From the NCBI GenBank assembly GCA_001029775.1, contig CP011215.1:682303-746302 (forward strand): DNA of 64,000 nucleotides, given 5' to 3'. This document shows positions 50,176-61,471 of the stretch, in pieces. The position numbers were made by a program, and so were the translations under genes. The notes below the pieces were generated by a model. The model worked only from the letters and a program-made list of their open reading frames with translations. It had not been told where the DNA came from and did no database searches. The DNA comes from Candidatus Campbellbacteria bacterium GW2011_OD1_34_28. Its GTDB lineage: Bacteria > Patescibacteriota > Minisyncoccia > Phycocordibacterales > UBA12079. How positions within the stretch are numbered: position 1 is the stretch's first letter; each line of letters starts with the position of its first letter.

Positions 50176-51099
50176 TTATACTTTTAGATATTTTCTTACT
50201 GCAAGATAACTAGAGACAACACCTAAGAAAATTCCAGAACCCAAGATTATCAAAGAAATACTCCAGAAATTTCCAAGATAATGACTAAACATATTTAAAC
50301 CAAATAATTTTTCAGAAAATGAACCCAAATAATAAGTTACGGGCAAAAAGACAAACAAAGTAAGTAAAGCTGAAATCGCTCCATAAATCATACCTTCAAC
50401 AACGAAAGGCCCTCTGACATATTTATTACTTGCCCCTACCAATCGCATAACCGCAATTTCTTCTTTTGAAATATAAATTGTAAGACGAATGGTATTAAAG
50501 GTTATTATTATAGACATAATCACTAACAACAAAGTAACAATAAGACCTATTCTTTCTGTAGCACTAATAATCTTTGAAAGACGGTCAATAACTATTTTAT
50601 TTTGATTATAGTTAACCTTATCTATAATATCCGTACCTTCTGACGATAAGGCATTATCACTCTCTAGAAACTTTGCAATAAATTCATATTGTTGAGTTTC
50701 TTTTGCTTGAATATTCAAAGCGGGTCCCAGAGGGTTGTTTCCCAACTCTTCTAGTGCTTGGAGCGTCAATTGGTCATCGCCGTGTCGTAATTTGAAATTT
50801 TCCAATGCTTGTTCGCTAGAAATATATTCCACAGAACCAACTTCGGAAAGACCTTCCAAAGATTGCTTGATAGCTAAAACATCTTCTTCAACCGCTGTTG
50901 TGGAAAAATAAACGTTGATATCTACCTTGCTCTTTATCTGAGTCAAAACAGATTCCAAAAGTGCATTACTGAAAATAAGAGTACCGAAAACAAACAATGT
51001 GATAGACATAACCAAAATAGAAGAAAGAGAAACAACTCTACTTCTCCACAAATTGACGATTGCTGATTTTGTTATTCTTTTTATATTTACAATTAACAT
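50176..51099 (-). CDS. ftsX: Cell division permease FtsX
   Basis: NTIRL...EEIAVMRLVGAS...PFVVEG; follows ftsE. Confidence 0.92.
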   Translation of the reverse strand: MLIVNIKRITKSAIVNLWRSRVVSLSSILVMSITLFVFGTLIFSNALLESVLTQIKSKVDINVYFSTTAVEEDVLAIKQSLEGLSEVGSVEYISSEQALENFKLRHGDDQLTLQALEELGNNPLGPALNIQAKETQQYEFIAKFLESDNALSSEGTDIIDKVNYNQNKIVIDRLSKIISATERIGLIVTLLLVIMSIIITFNTIRLTIYISKEEIAVMRLVGASNKYVRGPFVVEGMIYGAISALLTLFVFLPVTYYLGSFSEKLFGLNMFSHYLGNFWSISLIILGSGIFLGVVSSYLAVRKYLKV

Positions 51100-51105
51100 A
51101 ATTTT

Positions 51106-51786
51106 TTACAAAGAAAATTTACCCGTTTTATCATCTCTCACAACTTTTCCTTTATCCATTGTGATGACTCTTTTACCAATAGAATCTATTATACCTTTAT
51201 TGTGAGTCGTCAAAATAACAGTTGTCCCCAACTCGTTTATCTTTCTTAATATCTGGACAATTTCAAATGTATTTATAGGATCAAGATTTCCTGTTGGCTC
51301 GTCGGCAATAATAACATCGGGCTGATTTACAATTGCACGAGCAATCGCCAATCTTTGTTTTTCTCCACCAGATAATTCATGAGGGAAATTCCAAGCCTTG
51401 TCGCCCAAATCAACCAGTTCTAAAACGTGCGGAACATCTGATGCGATGTCTTCATCACTTCTTCCCGCAGCTTCCATTGCAAAAGCAACATTTTCATAAG
51501 CTGTCTTATGAGGTAGCAATCTAAAATCTTGAAAAATTGTTCCAATCTTTCTTCTAAAAGAATTCTTATCATCCTTTCTTAATTCGTGAATATTTTCTGA
51601 ACCAAAATATATACATCCCTCAGTTGGGTGTTCTTCTGCCAAAAGCATTTTCAAAAGAGTTGTTTTACCCGCCCCTGAATGGCCAACAATAGAAACAAAC
51701 TCTCTTGGTTCAATAGTTATGGTGACGGCATCAACCACCTTGTCTCCGTTTTTATATGTTTTTGAAACTTTATCGAAATAAATCAT
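51106..51786 (-). CDS. ftsE: Cell division ATPase FtsE
   Basis: GHSGAGKT, FQDFRLL, LSGGE, ADEPTGNLD. Confidence 0.93.
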   Translation of the reverse strand: MIYFDKVSKTYKNGDKVVDAVTITIEPREFVSIVGHSGAGKTTLLKMLLAEEHPTEGCIYFGSENIHELRKDDKNSFRRKIGTIFQDFRLLPHKTAYENVAFAMEAAGRSDEDIASDVPHVLELVDLGDKAWNFPHELSGGEKQRLAIARAIVNQPDVIIADEPTGNLDPINTFEIVQILRKINELGTTVILTTHNKGIIDSIGKRVITMDKGKVVRDDKTGKFSL

Positions 51787-52019
51787 AGCAAAATTTTATT
51801 ATAAAATTTTGAGTAATAAGGCGTAAGGATTAAGTAGTAAGAAATAAAAAATTTATTTACTTATTACTTACCACTTATTACTCCGCACTTCTACTATTAT
51901 ACTCTACTCCGTATAATTTTCAATTTATATTTTATGTTGACAATGCGGGGCTATTACAATAGTATGATTTCAGAAATTTAGGTTCTCAATAAACAACAAA
52001 TATACTCTGAGGAAAACAA

Positions 52020-52457
52020 ATGAATGCTTTGACACTATCTATTATTGCGTCTCTTGGTTATGGAATATGTGCCCCTTTTGCCAAAATGGCATTTAAAAAC
52101 GGGATGCATGCCAATGGATTTTCTCTTCTTTACGGATTGATTTTGGTGGCAATTTCTTTGCCGACCATTTATTCCGGCGGGATAAGAATGCTTTTTCCAA
52201 GCAACCCAGCATTGTGGTACGGAATTATTTCTACGATAATCTGCGCGGTAGGATTCAAGGCACAAACCGATGCTTCGGCAATGCCAACATCTTTGCTCGC
52301 TCTGGTATCAATAATTGCGGCAACATATCCATTAGTGTCGGCAACGATACTTTTGCCATTTATGGGAGAGGCAAGCAAAATAATTGTCCCGAAATTTCTT
52401 GCGGGGTCAGTCCTGATTATCGCTGGTGGTTATCTGGTAAGCACCAGCATAAAATAA
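52020..52457 (+). CDS. EamA/DMT-like membrane protein
   Basis: 5 TM, ATYPLV motif; own TTGACA promoter and GAGG SD. Confidence 0.6.
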   Translation: MNALTLSIIASLGYGICAPFAKMAFKNGMHANGFSLLYGLILVAISLPTIYSGGIRMLFPSNPALWYGIISTIICAVGFKAQTDASAMPTSLLALVSIIAATYPLVSATILLPFMGEASKIIVPKFLAGSVLIIAGGYLVSTSIK

Positions 52458-52527
52458 AACAATGCCAGAAGAAAGAAATAGACAGACGTTTCAAAAAATA
52501 ACTATTTTCTAGCAAGTGAGGCACGAG

Positions 52528-52782
52528 ATGAACACTTTGTTTATGATCAGAAACAGGAAAAGAGACGGTAAGTATTTTATTTATGTCATTGCAATTATTG
52601 GTGCGATTACAGGAGTCTTGCTGTTTACCCCGCCAGGATTAATTATTTTGTCACTGACCATGACAACACTGTCTATTGTTGTCCCGACATGGCCTTCAAT
52701 GATTACAATATTAGTAACCTATGTGGGGATTGCGACAACAGCAACAGTAATTGCATTAATCTTGGTTAGAAAATGGATATGA
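52528..52782 (+). CDS. Small membrane protein
   Basis: Hydrophobic ORF with GAGG SD. Confidence 0.45.
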   Translation: MNTLFMIRNRKRDGKYFIYVIAIIGAITGVLLFTPPGLIILSLTMTTLSIVVPTWPSMITILVTYVGIATTATVIALILVRKWI

Positions 52783-52905
52783 TCATCGCTCAACGCAAAA
52801 CAAAAAATCGCGTTGAGCGATTTTTTTATTTTTATAGTTTTGTTAAATAAATATTTATATTCATTTAACAAAACTATTCAAGTATTCAATTGAATATAAG
52901 AAATA

Positions 52906-53793
52906 CTATAATCCCTTCTCTGCTTCAACGAATTCATCTATTTCTCCATCTTCCAATACTTTATCAACATCTCTAATCTCTACACCGGTTCTGTGATCTT
53001 TTACCTGTTTATAAGGATGCAATACATAGGAACGGATTTGACTTCCCCACTCATTTTCTGTCGTCGCACTGATTTGCATACCCTTCTCTTGTTTCAGTCT
53101 GTCTTCTTCTTGCTTTTTGATCAATTTTGCCTCTATCATAGCAATTGCTCTTTCTCGGTTTTGCGCTTGGGATCTTTCCGATTCTACATGGACGGCAATA
53201 TTTGTTGGAATGTGAACCACTCTGACAGCCGTTTCTCTCTTGTTTACATTCTGTCCTCCGGGGCCCGATGATTTCGCAAATTCTATTTTCAAATCTTCCT
53301 CTGGAATATTTATCTCACCCGCTTTTTCCAACTTAGGAATTACCTCTACCATAGAAAAAGAAGTGTGTCTTTTCTGTTGTGCGTTGAAAGGAGAAATTCG
53401 TACGAGTCTATGTACCCCCGATTCATTTTTTAATTTTCCATATGCTCCGTTACCAACAATCTCAAAAGTAATATTTCTATAACCACCGTGATCATTTTCA
53501 TTTGAATGAATTAAAAAAGTTTCCCAATTTTTATTTTGAGAAAATTTTAAATACATATTATATAAAATTCTAGAAAAATCTTCTGAGTCATCTCCACCTG
53601 CTCCTGACAAAATAGTTACAACTGCATTTCCTTTATCATATTTTCCCACCCCCTCTAATTCATCTTTCAATTGATTAAATTCTTTTATAACAATCTGTGC
53701 AGTTTCTTTGTCGTTCCAAAAATCAGCACGGCCCATTTGTTTTTCAAGTGCTTCTATTTTTTTTAATATTTCATTTTTTTTATCCGTACTCAT
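52906..53793 (-). CDS. prfB: Peptide chain release factor 2 (shortened domain 1)
   Basis: SPF tripeptide, GGQ, WGSQIRSYV. Confidence 0.92.
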   Translation of the reverse strand: MSTDKKNEILKKIEALEKQMGRADFWNDKETAQIVIKEFNQLKDELEGVGKYDKGNAVVTILSGAGGDDSEDFSRILYNMYLKFSQNKNWETFLIHSNENDHGGYRNITFEIVGNGAYGKLKNESGVHRLVRISPFNAQQKRHTSFSMVEVIPKLEKAGEINIPEEDLKIEFAKSSGPGGQNVNKRETAVRVVHIPTNIAVHVESERSQAQNRERAIAMIEAKLIKKQEEDRLKQEKGMQISATTENEWGSQIRSYVLHPYKQVKDHRTGVEIRDVDKVLEDGEIDEFVEAEKGL

Positions 53794-53794
53794 T

Positions 53795-54007
53795 TTAAAC
53801 TAATGTAAAAGAATAGATTGCCAGCAAAAGTGCTGTGGTAAAAAATATTGCACCAACAAAACATTTTGATCTGAAAGGACTTGCCTTCAAACCAACGGAA
53901 CAGGTATCACATCTTTTTACCAAAACTTGATAAAATTGGTACCAAGCATAAATAGTACCCAAAGTTAAAACCCCTATTAAAATTTCTAGTGATGTTATTA
54001 ATTCCAT
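53795..54007 (-). CDS. Small 2-TM protein with CxxC
   Basis: Two TM helices around CDTC; stop adjacent to the prfB start. Confidence 0.55.
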   Translation of the reverse strand: MELITSLEILIGVLTLGTIYAWYQFYQVLVKRCDTCSVGLKASPFRSKCFVGAIFFTTALLLAIYSFTLV

Positions 54008-54160
54008 GTCTATAAGTATAAAATAAAAGACATTTTGCCTAAAGGACACCTAAAGGACAAAACTGGGGATAACCTATTGACTTTTATACAAAAGTGCTAT
54101 AATTAGAATAGAAAAAGTTTAATTTGTCAATAATCACTTACTTTTAAAAAGGAGATTGTC

Positions 54161-54367
54161 ATGACAGCGATAAGAGAGTTGGCACTAAATGTGCTGTATG
54201 AAAGTCCCATCTTTGCAAAGATGGACGAACAAGAACAGGAGAGAGCGGTAGTTCACTTCATCGTACAGGCAACAGGGAGTGACGCTCAAAGAGATTTTTT
54301 GGCTCGTAAAGAAAAAGAAGATGCTTCCAACATCGCTTCGAGATTTTTTTCTAGATTTTCTCAGTAA
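54161..54367 (+). CDS. Hypothetical protein
   Basis: Consensus TTGACT-17-TATAAT promoter (54077-54102), AAGGAG SD. Confidence 0.55.
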   Translation: MTAIRELALNVLYESPIFAKMDEQEQERAVVHFIVQATGSDAQRDFLARKEKEDASNIASRFFSRFSQ

Positions 54368-54443
54368 ACTGAAAAGAAGGAGTGGCAATGACACCAAGAC
54401 GAAATTAAGACCTCGCACACACCAAGTGTTGCGAGGTCTATTC

Positions 54444-55745
54444 TTATTTTTTATTATTTCCGAGAATCTTCTCCCCTATTTTATAAACATCGCCAGCCCC
54501 CATTGTGAGGATAACATCTTCTTGTCCAAAAATATCCGAGTTAAACTCGTTTAACATTTTTTCATATTCTATATAATAAGTTTCTCTATTATTTTTCTTT
54601 ATCTTGCTTGCAAGTATTTTAGAATTTATTTCTTTATCCTCTTCTTCTCTGGCTGCATAAATTGGCAAAACAATTACACGATCAACATCATTAAAACTTT
54701 TTGCAAAATCTTCTAAAAAGATTTTTGTCCTACTATATAGATGTGGTTGAAATATAACAGTAATCTTTTTATCTTTAAAAAATTCCCGTGCACCCTTCAA
54801 TGTTACTTGCACTTCTGTCGGGTTATGAGCATAGTCATCGTAAATCAAAGCACCTTTTTTTGTCTTGCCTTTTAATTCAAATCTTCTCCATGTACCTTCA
54901 AAATTGTTTAAAGATTTTATTGCATCACTGTGATTTATACCTAAAATATTTGCTACAGCTAAACAAGCGAAAGCATTTTTTATATTGTGTTCTCCTGGTA
55001 TTTTCAAATTTAAACCAATTGCTCCTTGTGTAGTATAATCGACGACTTTTGAAACAGCTTTGACCAAAGCAGGGGCAACTCTCTTGTCGTTTGGATCGCA
55101 AACTATATAATCCTTTTCACCCATTTTTGCTATCAATTCTTTAAAAGCTTTTTGAATATCAAAAATATTTTTGAAATAATCCAAATGATCCAAATCTATA
55201 TTTGTAATCACCAGAATATTTGGTTTTAGTTCTAAAAATGATCTTTTGTATTCGCACGCCTCTGTTACAAAGTATTTGCTATTTCCGTGTATAAAATTTG
55301 TCTTTTCTTTTTTTAAGAGACTTCCAACAATAACAGTTGGATCAAAATATGAGTGTCGCAAGACATCTGCCAACATTGCGGTGGTGGTTGTTTTCCCATG
55401 TGTCCCAGATACAGCAATCGTATATTTATTTTCTGAAACATCTCCTAGAGAGCGAGGATAAGATATTGCAGGAATTCCAATTTTTTTTGCCTTTAACAAT
55501 TCGGAATTATCTTTTGGAACAGCTGGAGAAAAAATAACTAGATCGGTGCCATATTCTATATTTTCTCCATCATGATGAAATTTTATTACGGCTCCTAATT
55601 TTTTTAATTCAGATGTAATCTCTGATTCTGCCAAGTTTGAGCCAGTAACCTTTTTCCCTTCTTTCAAAGCCATTCTTGCCATAGCAGAAACACCGATACC
55701 TCCAATACCGATAAAGTGTATTTTTCTGGCATTCTTGAATTTCAT
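54444..55745 (-). CDS. murC: UDP-N-acetylmuramate-L-alanine ligase
   Basis: GIGGIGVS, GTHGKTTT, DHLD, DDYAH, FQPH. Confidence 0.94.
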   Translation of the reverse strand: MKFKNARKIHFIGIGGIGVSAMARMALKEGKKVTGSNLAESEITSELKKLGAVIKFHHDGENIEYGTDLVIFSPAVPKDNSELLKAKKIGIPAISYPRSLGDVSENKYTIAVSGTHGKTTTTAMLADVLRHSYFDPTVIVGSLLKKEKTNFIHGNSKYFVTEACEYKRSFLELKPNILVITNIDLDHLDYFKNIFDIQKAFKELIAKMGEKDYIVCDPNDKRVAPALVKAVSKVVDYTTQGAIGLNLKIPGEHNIKNAFACLAVANILGINHSDAIKSLNNFEGTWRRFELKGKTKKGALIYDDYAHNPTEVQVTLKGAREFFKDKKITVIFQPHLYSRTKIFLEDFAKSFNDVDRVIVLPIYAAREEEDKEINSKILASKIKKNNRETYYIEYEKMLNEFNSDIFGQEDVILTMGAGDVYKIGEKILGNNKK

Positions 55746-55844
55746 CCCGTTAGAAGTAGCGAAGCTACTTCTAACGGGACAAGTCCCTAAAAAGTAACTG
55801 CTAATTTAATTTAATAATCTATTTTCCCGCTATCTCTAACGGGA
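55746..55844. mobile_element. MITE-like CCCGTTAGA/TCTAACGGG palindromic element at the murC start
   Basis: Perfect hairpin 55745-55779, second TCTAACGGGA at 55835-55844, flanked by TTCAT direct repeats. Confidence 0.6.
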
Positions 55845-55967
55845 TTCATGGTGCGAATATTATAGCACAAGCTTGTGAGTAATAAGTAGTAAGGTGTAAG
55901 GTGTAAGGAGTAAGGGGTGAGCAAAAACAATGAAAACCAAAGATATCGCTTTGGTTTTGGTTTTTTG

Positions 55968-56041
55968 TGCGAATGCCAGGACTCGAACCTGGGACCTCGT
56001 CATTATCAGTGACGCGCTCTAACCACCTGAGCTACACTCGC
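55968..56041 (-). tRNA. tRNA-Ile(GAT)
   Basis: GCGAGTG...CGTCA-CTGATAA-TGACG...GTTCGAGTC...CATTCGCA. Confidence 0.95.
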
Positions 56042-56124
56042 ATTTATATTTGATTTTACCACGAACTCTATATGACGAGGTCCCGAGTCATTATTAGGTG
56101 AGACAGTCTGGGAGACTGTCGAAC

Positions 56125-56157
56125 CGCTCTAACCACCTGAGCTACACTCGCATTTAT
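56125..56157 (-). repeat. Duplicate of the tRNA-Ile 5' end
   Basis: Identical to 56015-56047. Confidence 0.85.
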
Positions 56158-56227
56158 GAGTAGAAGAATACCAAAATATTCGCTCTGTTGCAATAAAAAA
56201 CTCCCGTCATTGCTGACGGGAGAATAT

Positions 56228-56779
56228 TCAATTTTTGAGAAAATTTTCCAGAGGTTTTGCCTCTTCCGGAATATCCAGACCAGAACGAATCTGATCTAGA
56301 CAATAAAATAAAAATTCCAGAGCTTGTCCATGTTTTTTGAGCAAGCGATTTTTCTTTAAAAAGGTTCTAAGAATTTCTTCGGAAACCATATCTGCAGACT
56401 TTAATGTCTTGCAGGGACGAGGATTCCCCTCTTCCAGTTTCGCAAGATAAAAATTTGCTAAATGCTTTCCCTCTTCAGATTCAGACTCTGCCGTAAAAAA
56501 TGGGAAATCGCTTAACCTCTCAAAGGAAATTCCGCACACCTCCGAGAGTATTTTTATCCCTGATAAACGAGAATTTTTTTCAATATCATCTGAAGAGTCG
56601 ATTGACCCCCCAGGAAATTTTACAAAAAAGTTTTCCCAACGAGCACCCCCCTCTTTTTTATTTGGGTCCTCCATCACCACGAGAATATCTATTCCGTGTT
56701 TTTTATTTTTTTGTAAGATTATGCCGAAGCCGGCATAACTTGTTCTGCCGGTCTCCTTTACTCTTACTTCGGCTTCCAT
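56228..56779 (-). CDS. Hypothetical protein, degenerate Nudix-like fold
   Basis: ILVV...KFPGGSID; Nudix box incomplete; GGGGG SD. Confidence 0.5.
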   Translation of the reverse strand: MEAEVRVKETGRTSYAGFGIILQKNKKHGIDILVVMEDPNKKEGGARWENFFVKFPGGSIDSSDDIEKNSRLSGIKILSEVCGISFERLSDFPFFTAESESEEGKHLANFYLAKLEEGNPRPCKTLKSADMVSEEILRTFLKKNRLLKKHGQALEFLFYCLDQIRSGLDIPEEAKPLENFLKN

Positions 56780-57065
56780 ATGACCCCCTAGTATATTTAG
56801 GTACACAAAATGAACATTACTTCAATCCAGATAATAACTTAATTGACTAAACGTGTCAATAACAAAAAACTACCTCTCGGTAGTTTTATTTTTTTTGCAT
56901 TTAAACGACAATATAATCTTTCTTTTGTTTCGTTTCATTCCCCAGTAACGCATATCTGGGGTTAGCGAGTATAGATTTAGGGATACAATACTATTGTCCC
57001 TATCACTTAAGAAGTGATAATCAACCGATTAAGTCTGTTTTCTCGTAAGAAAACAAACAGTTCAT

Positions 57066-58640
<1,575 letters not shown>

Positions 58641-58785
58641 AGTTTCCTAGTATACAGAATAAATCTGTTTAGAAAAAATTGAAATGAAACGAAACAAGAG
58701 AAAAATTACATCTTATTTCGTTTTTGGACTTGTCATTCTAAATGCATGATTTTGAATTTTTCTATAAATTCAAACTCTTATTCAA

Positions 58786-58797
58786 TTATCAAAGTAC
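58786..58797 (-). promoter_or_regulatory. rRNA leader boxA-like site
   Basis: GTACTTTGATAA downstream of a TATAAT -10 box. Confidence 0.5.
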
Positions 58798-59035
58798 GCT
58801 CTCTGAAGCCCAGAGCAAGACAGTCACTATTATATACATATCTAAAAAAAAGGCAAGCTTCTTTTTTAAATTCTAAATTTTAAATTTTTAATTTTTAAAA
58901 ATGACCTAAAAACAACGACTTTAAGCCAAAAAACCAATTTTTTAATCTTGGTTTAAAATAGAAAAACAGCACGCTGGCGAAAGCCAGCGTGCTGTTTTTC
59001 TTAAACCTTATTACTTATCCCTTACACCTTAATCC

Positions 59036-59947
59036 TTACCCCTTACTACTAAACTTCTGCCAAGTAACCAAAAGTGGTGATGCCAAAAAGATTGAAGAAT
59101 AAGTTCCTGCAATCACTCCGATTGAAAGCACTAAAGTAAAATGTTTTGTTGTGTCTCCTCCAAAGAAAAACAAAAACAACAAAGCAATCAATACCGTCAA
59201 AGATGTATTGATAGATCTACCAAATGTTTGACTCAAACTTTTTCCAACAATTTCCTCAAATGATTCTCCTTTGCTACTATTTTTCAAATTCTCTCTTACT
59301 CTGTCAAAAACAACAATCGTGTCATTAACAGAAAATCCAAGAATCGCAAGAAGGGCAGTTACGAACAAGATATCTATTTGATAATCAATAAACATACTAC
59401 CAAGTAATACGAAAACTCCCGTAGGAATAACAATGTCATGAATAAGAGCAAGAATAGCCACCGCTCCATATTTCCAAGAAGAAACTCTTTCTTTTCCTAA
59501 TTCTGAAACTTTTCTAAACGAAAAAGCAATAAAAAGAATAATAGCAATAACAACAAAGACCAAAGCCATCACTGCTTTGCTTTTTAATTCTTGACCAATA
59601 ACAGGGCCGATTGAGTTAAACCTCTTTTCTTCAATTTGAACTGTGCTATCAAGAGAAAGCGCATTCATAACAGAAACTCTTTCATCTTCTGTAAGATTTT
59701 TTGTTCTCAAAATAACTCCGTTTTCCCCAATATCTTGAATCGTATAATTTCCCAAATTCAAAACATTCAATTTTTCTTTTACTACATTTAAATCAGCCTT
59801 TTCTTCTGGATAACCTATTTCGGTAATCGCTCCTCCTGTAAAATCTATCCCCAAATTAAAACCATAAAAAGCAAAAGCAAAAACAGACGCTCCGATCAAA
59901 ATTCCTGATATCGTGTAAAATATTTTTCTGTATTTAATTACAAACAT
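59036..59947 (-). CDS. secF: Protein translocase subunit SecF
   Basis: GIDFTGG, IGPVIG, GFSVNDTIVVFDRVRE, GTYSSIF. Confidence 0.96.
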   Translation of the reverse strand: MFVIKYRKIFYTISGILIGASVFAFAFYGFNLGIDFTGGAITEIGYPEEKADLNVVKEKLNVLNLGNYTIQDIGENGVILRTKNLTEDERVSVMNALSLDSTVQIEEKRFNSIGPVIGQELKSKAVMALVFVVIAIILFIAFSFRKVSELGKERVSSWKYGAVAILALIHDIVIPTGVFVLLGSMFIDYQIDILFVTALLAILGFSVNDTIVVFDRVRENLKNSSKGESFEEIVGKSLSQTFGRSINTSLTVLIALLFLFFFGGDTTKHFTLVLSIGVIAGTYSSIFLASPLLVTWQKFSSKG

Positions 59948-59974
59948 GATAGTTTAGTTATTAGTTAATAGTTT

Positions 59975-61327
59975 TTAGTTTTTAGTAACTCCACATCCGA
60001 ATAAAAATTGAGCGACCTTTCCGTTGCCTTTTGGAGCAACTGCCAACAAGAATGTTCTAGTAACTGTCAAAGCGGTAAACATACTTATCATAACTCCGAT
60101 TCCAAATGTCAAAGCAAAACCCTGTACCGAAGATGTTCCTAACCAAAACAAAATTATTGCAGTGATGATGCTTGAAATATTTGAGTCACGAATTGAAAGC
60201 CATGCTCTTGCAAAACCTTCTTTGATTGCAGACTCAATATCTCTACCATTTCTCAGCTCTTCTTTAATTCTTTCAAAAACTAAAACGTTGGCATCTACCG
60301 CCATACCAATAGACATAATGAATCCGGCAATACCAGCAGATGTTAATGTCACAGGAATCACTTTGAACAAAGCAAGCATTATGACAACATAAAATGTAAG
60401 TGACAACACTGAAAGAAGACCCGGAAGTCTATACCAGAAAAACATAAATACAACAATCGCAATCAATCCATAAATACCAGCATTAACACCTTTGTTTAAA
60501 ACATTTTCTCCCAAAGATGCACCGATATTTTGTGTTGAAACAAGCTCGATTGGAACAGGCAAGGCACCATAATTTAGATTTTTTACTAATTCTTTTGCTT
60601 CTTCCAAGGTAAAACCGCCGGAAATCTCGGCCTTTCCATCTCTAATTTCAGAACGAACAACAGGAGTAGTAATTGGTTGTCCGTCCAAATAAATAGCAAC
60701 CACTTTATTCAAATTTTCTTTTGTGATTTGAGCAAACAAATCTTTTCCTTCTGCATTAAAAGCTAGCAGAACAATCGGTTCTCCTGTGTTTGGATCAAAA
60801 ATCAACTGAGATTTTTCCAAGTAACGACCAGTTAAGGTTGTGCTTTGATAAGGGTCTTCCAACGCCAAAGGATCTATGTCAGATGTGTCTTCCCCGTTTT
60901 GGGTTTTTTCATACATTTCTCTTTGAGCAGAAATAATTTCAGCAGTATTTGGCTTTTCTACTTTGAATTCAAGTAACGGAGTTTGACCGATCAAAGTAAC
61001 GGCTTGGTTGATATCTGTTACTCCTGGTAATTCAACAATTAGACGACGAGCGTCTCCCGCATTTTCAATTTGAACCAACGGTTCAGAAACACCGAACATA
61101 TTTGTTCTTCTTTCAATAACATCTCTCAAAGCATCCATAGAATCGTTTACACTTCCTGCGTCAAGGTTTGAAATGTCTGCCTGATAAACAAGCTGTGTTC
61201 CTCCTGCCAAATCAAGTCCCAATTTGAATGGAAATTTTGATTCAGAATTTATTTGCGAATTATAATTAAAGTAGCCAATTAGCCCTCCAACCAACAGCAA
61301 CATTATCGCGATTATTCTTATCTTCAT
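59975..61327 (-). CDS. secD: Protein translocase subunit SecD
   Basis: LGLDLAGG, GVSEP, GALPVP, GMAVDANVLVFERIKEE. Confidence 0.96.
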   Translation of the reverse strand: MKIRIIAIMLLLVGGLIGYFNYNSQINSESKFPFKLGLDLAGGTQLVYQADISNLDAGSVNDSMDALRDVIERRTNMFGVSEPLVQIENAGDARRLIVELPGVTDINQAVTLIGQTPLLEFKVEKPNTAEIISAQREMYEKTQNGEDTSDIDPLALEDPYQSTTLTGRYLEKSQLIFDPNTGEPIVLLAFNAEGKDLFAQITKENLNKVVAIYLDGQPITTPVVRSEIRDGKAEISGGFTLEEAKELVKNLNYGALPVPIELVSTQNIGASLGENVLNKGVNAGIYGLIAIVVFMFFWYRLPGLLSVLSLTFYVVIMLALFKVIPVTLTSAGIAGFIMSIGMAVDANVLVFERIKEELRNGRDIESAIKEGFARAWLSIRDSNISSIITAIILFWLGTSSVQGFALTFGIGVMISMFTALTVTRTFLLAVAPKGNGKVAQFLFGCGVTKN

Positions 61328-61471
61328 ATTATTATAGGGTTTAGGGTTTAGGGTTTAGGGTTTAGATTGCGGTGATAAATTTTTGCGAAGCAAAAATTTA
61401 TCTTCTACCCTATACGCTAAACGCCAAACGCTCTTTAAATTAATTAATGGGCTTATATTATACCAAAACAG

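Noticed and set aside
52906-53830. Programmed +1 frameshift in prfB
   Set aside because: No CTTTGA site near the start; the upstream sequence belongs to another gene
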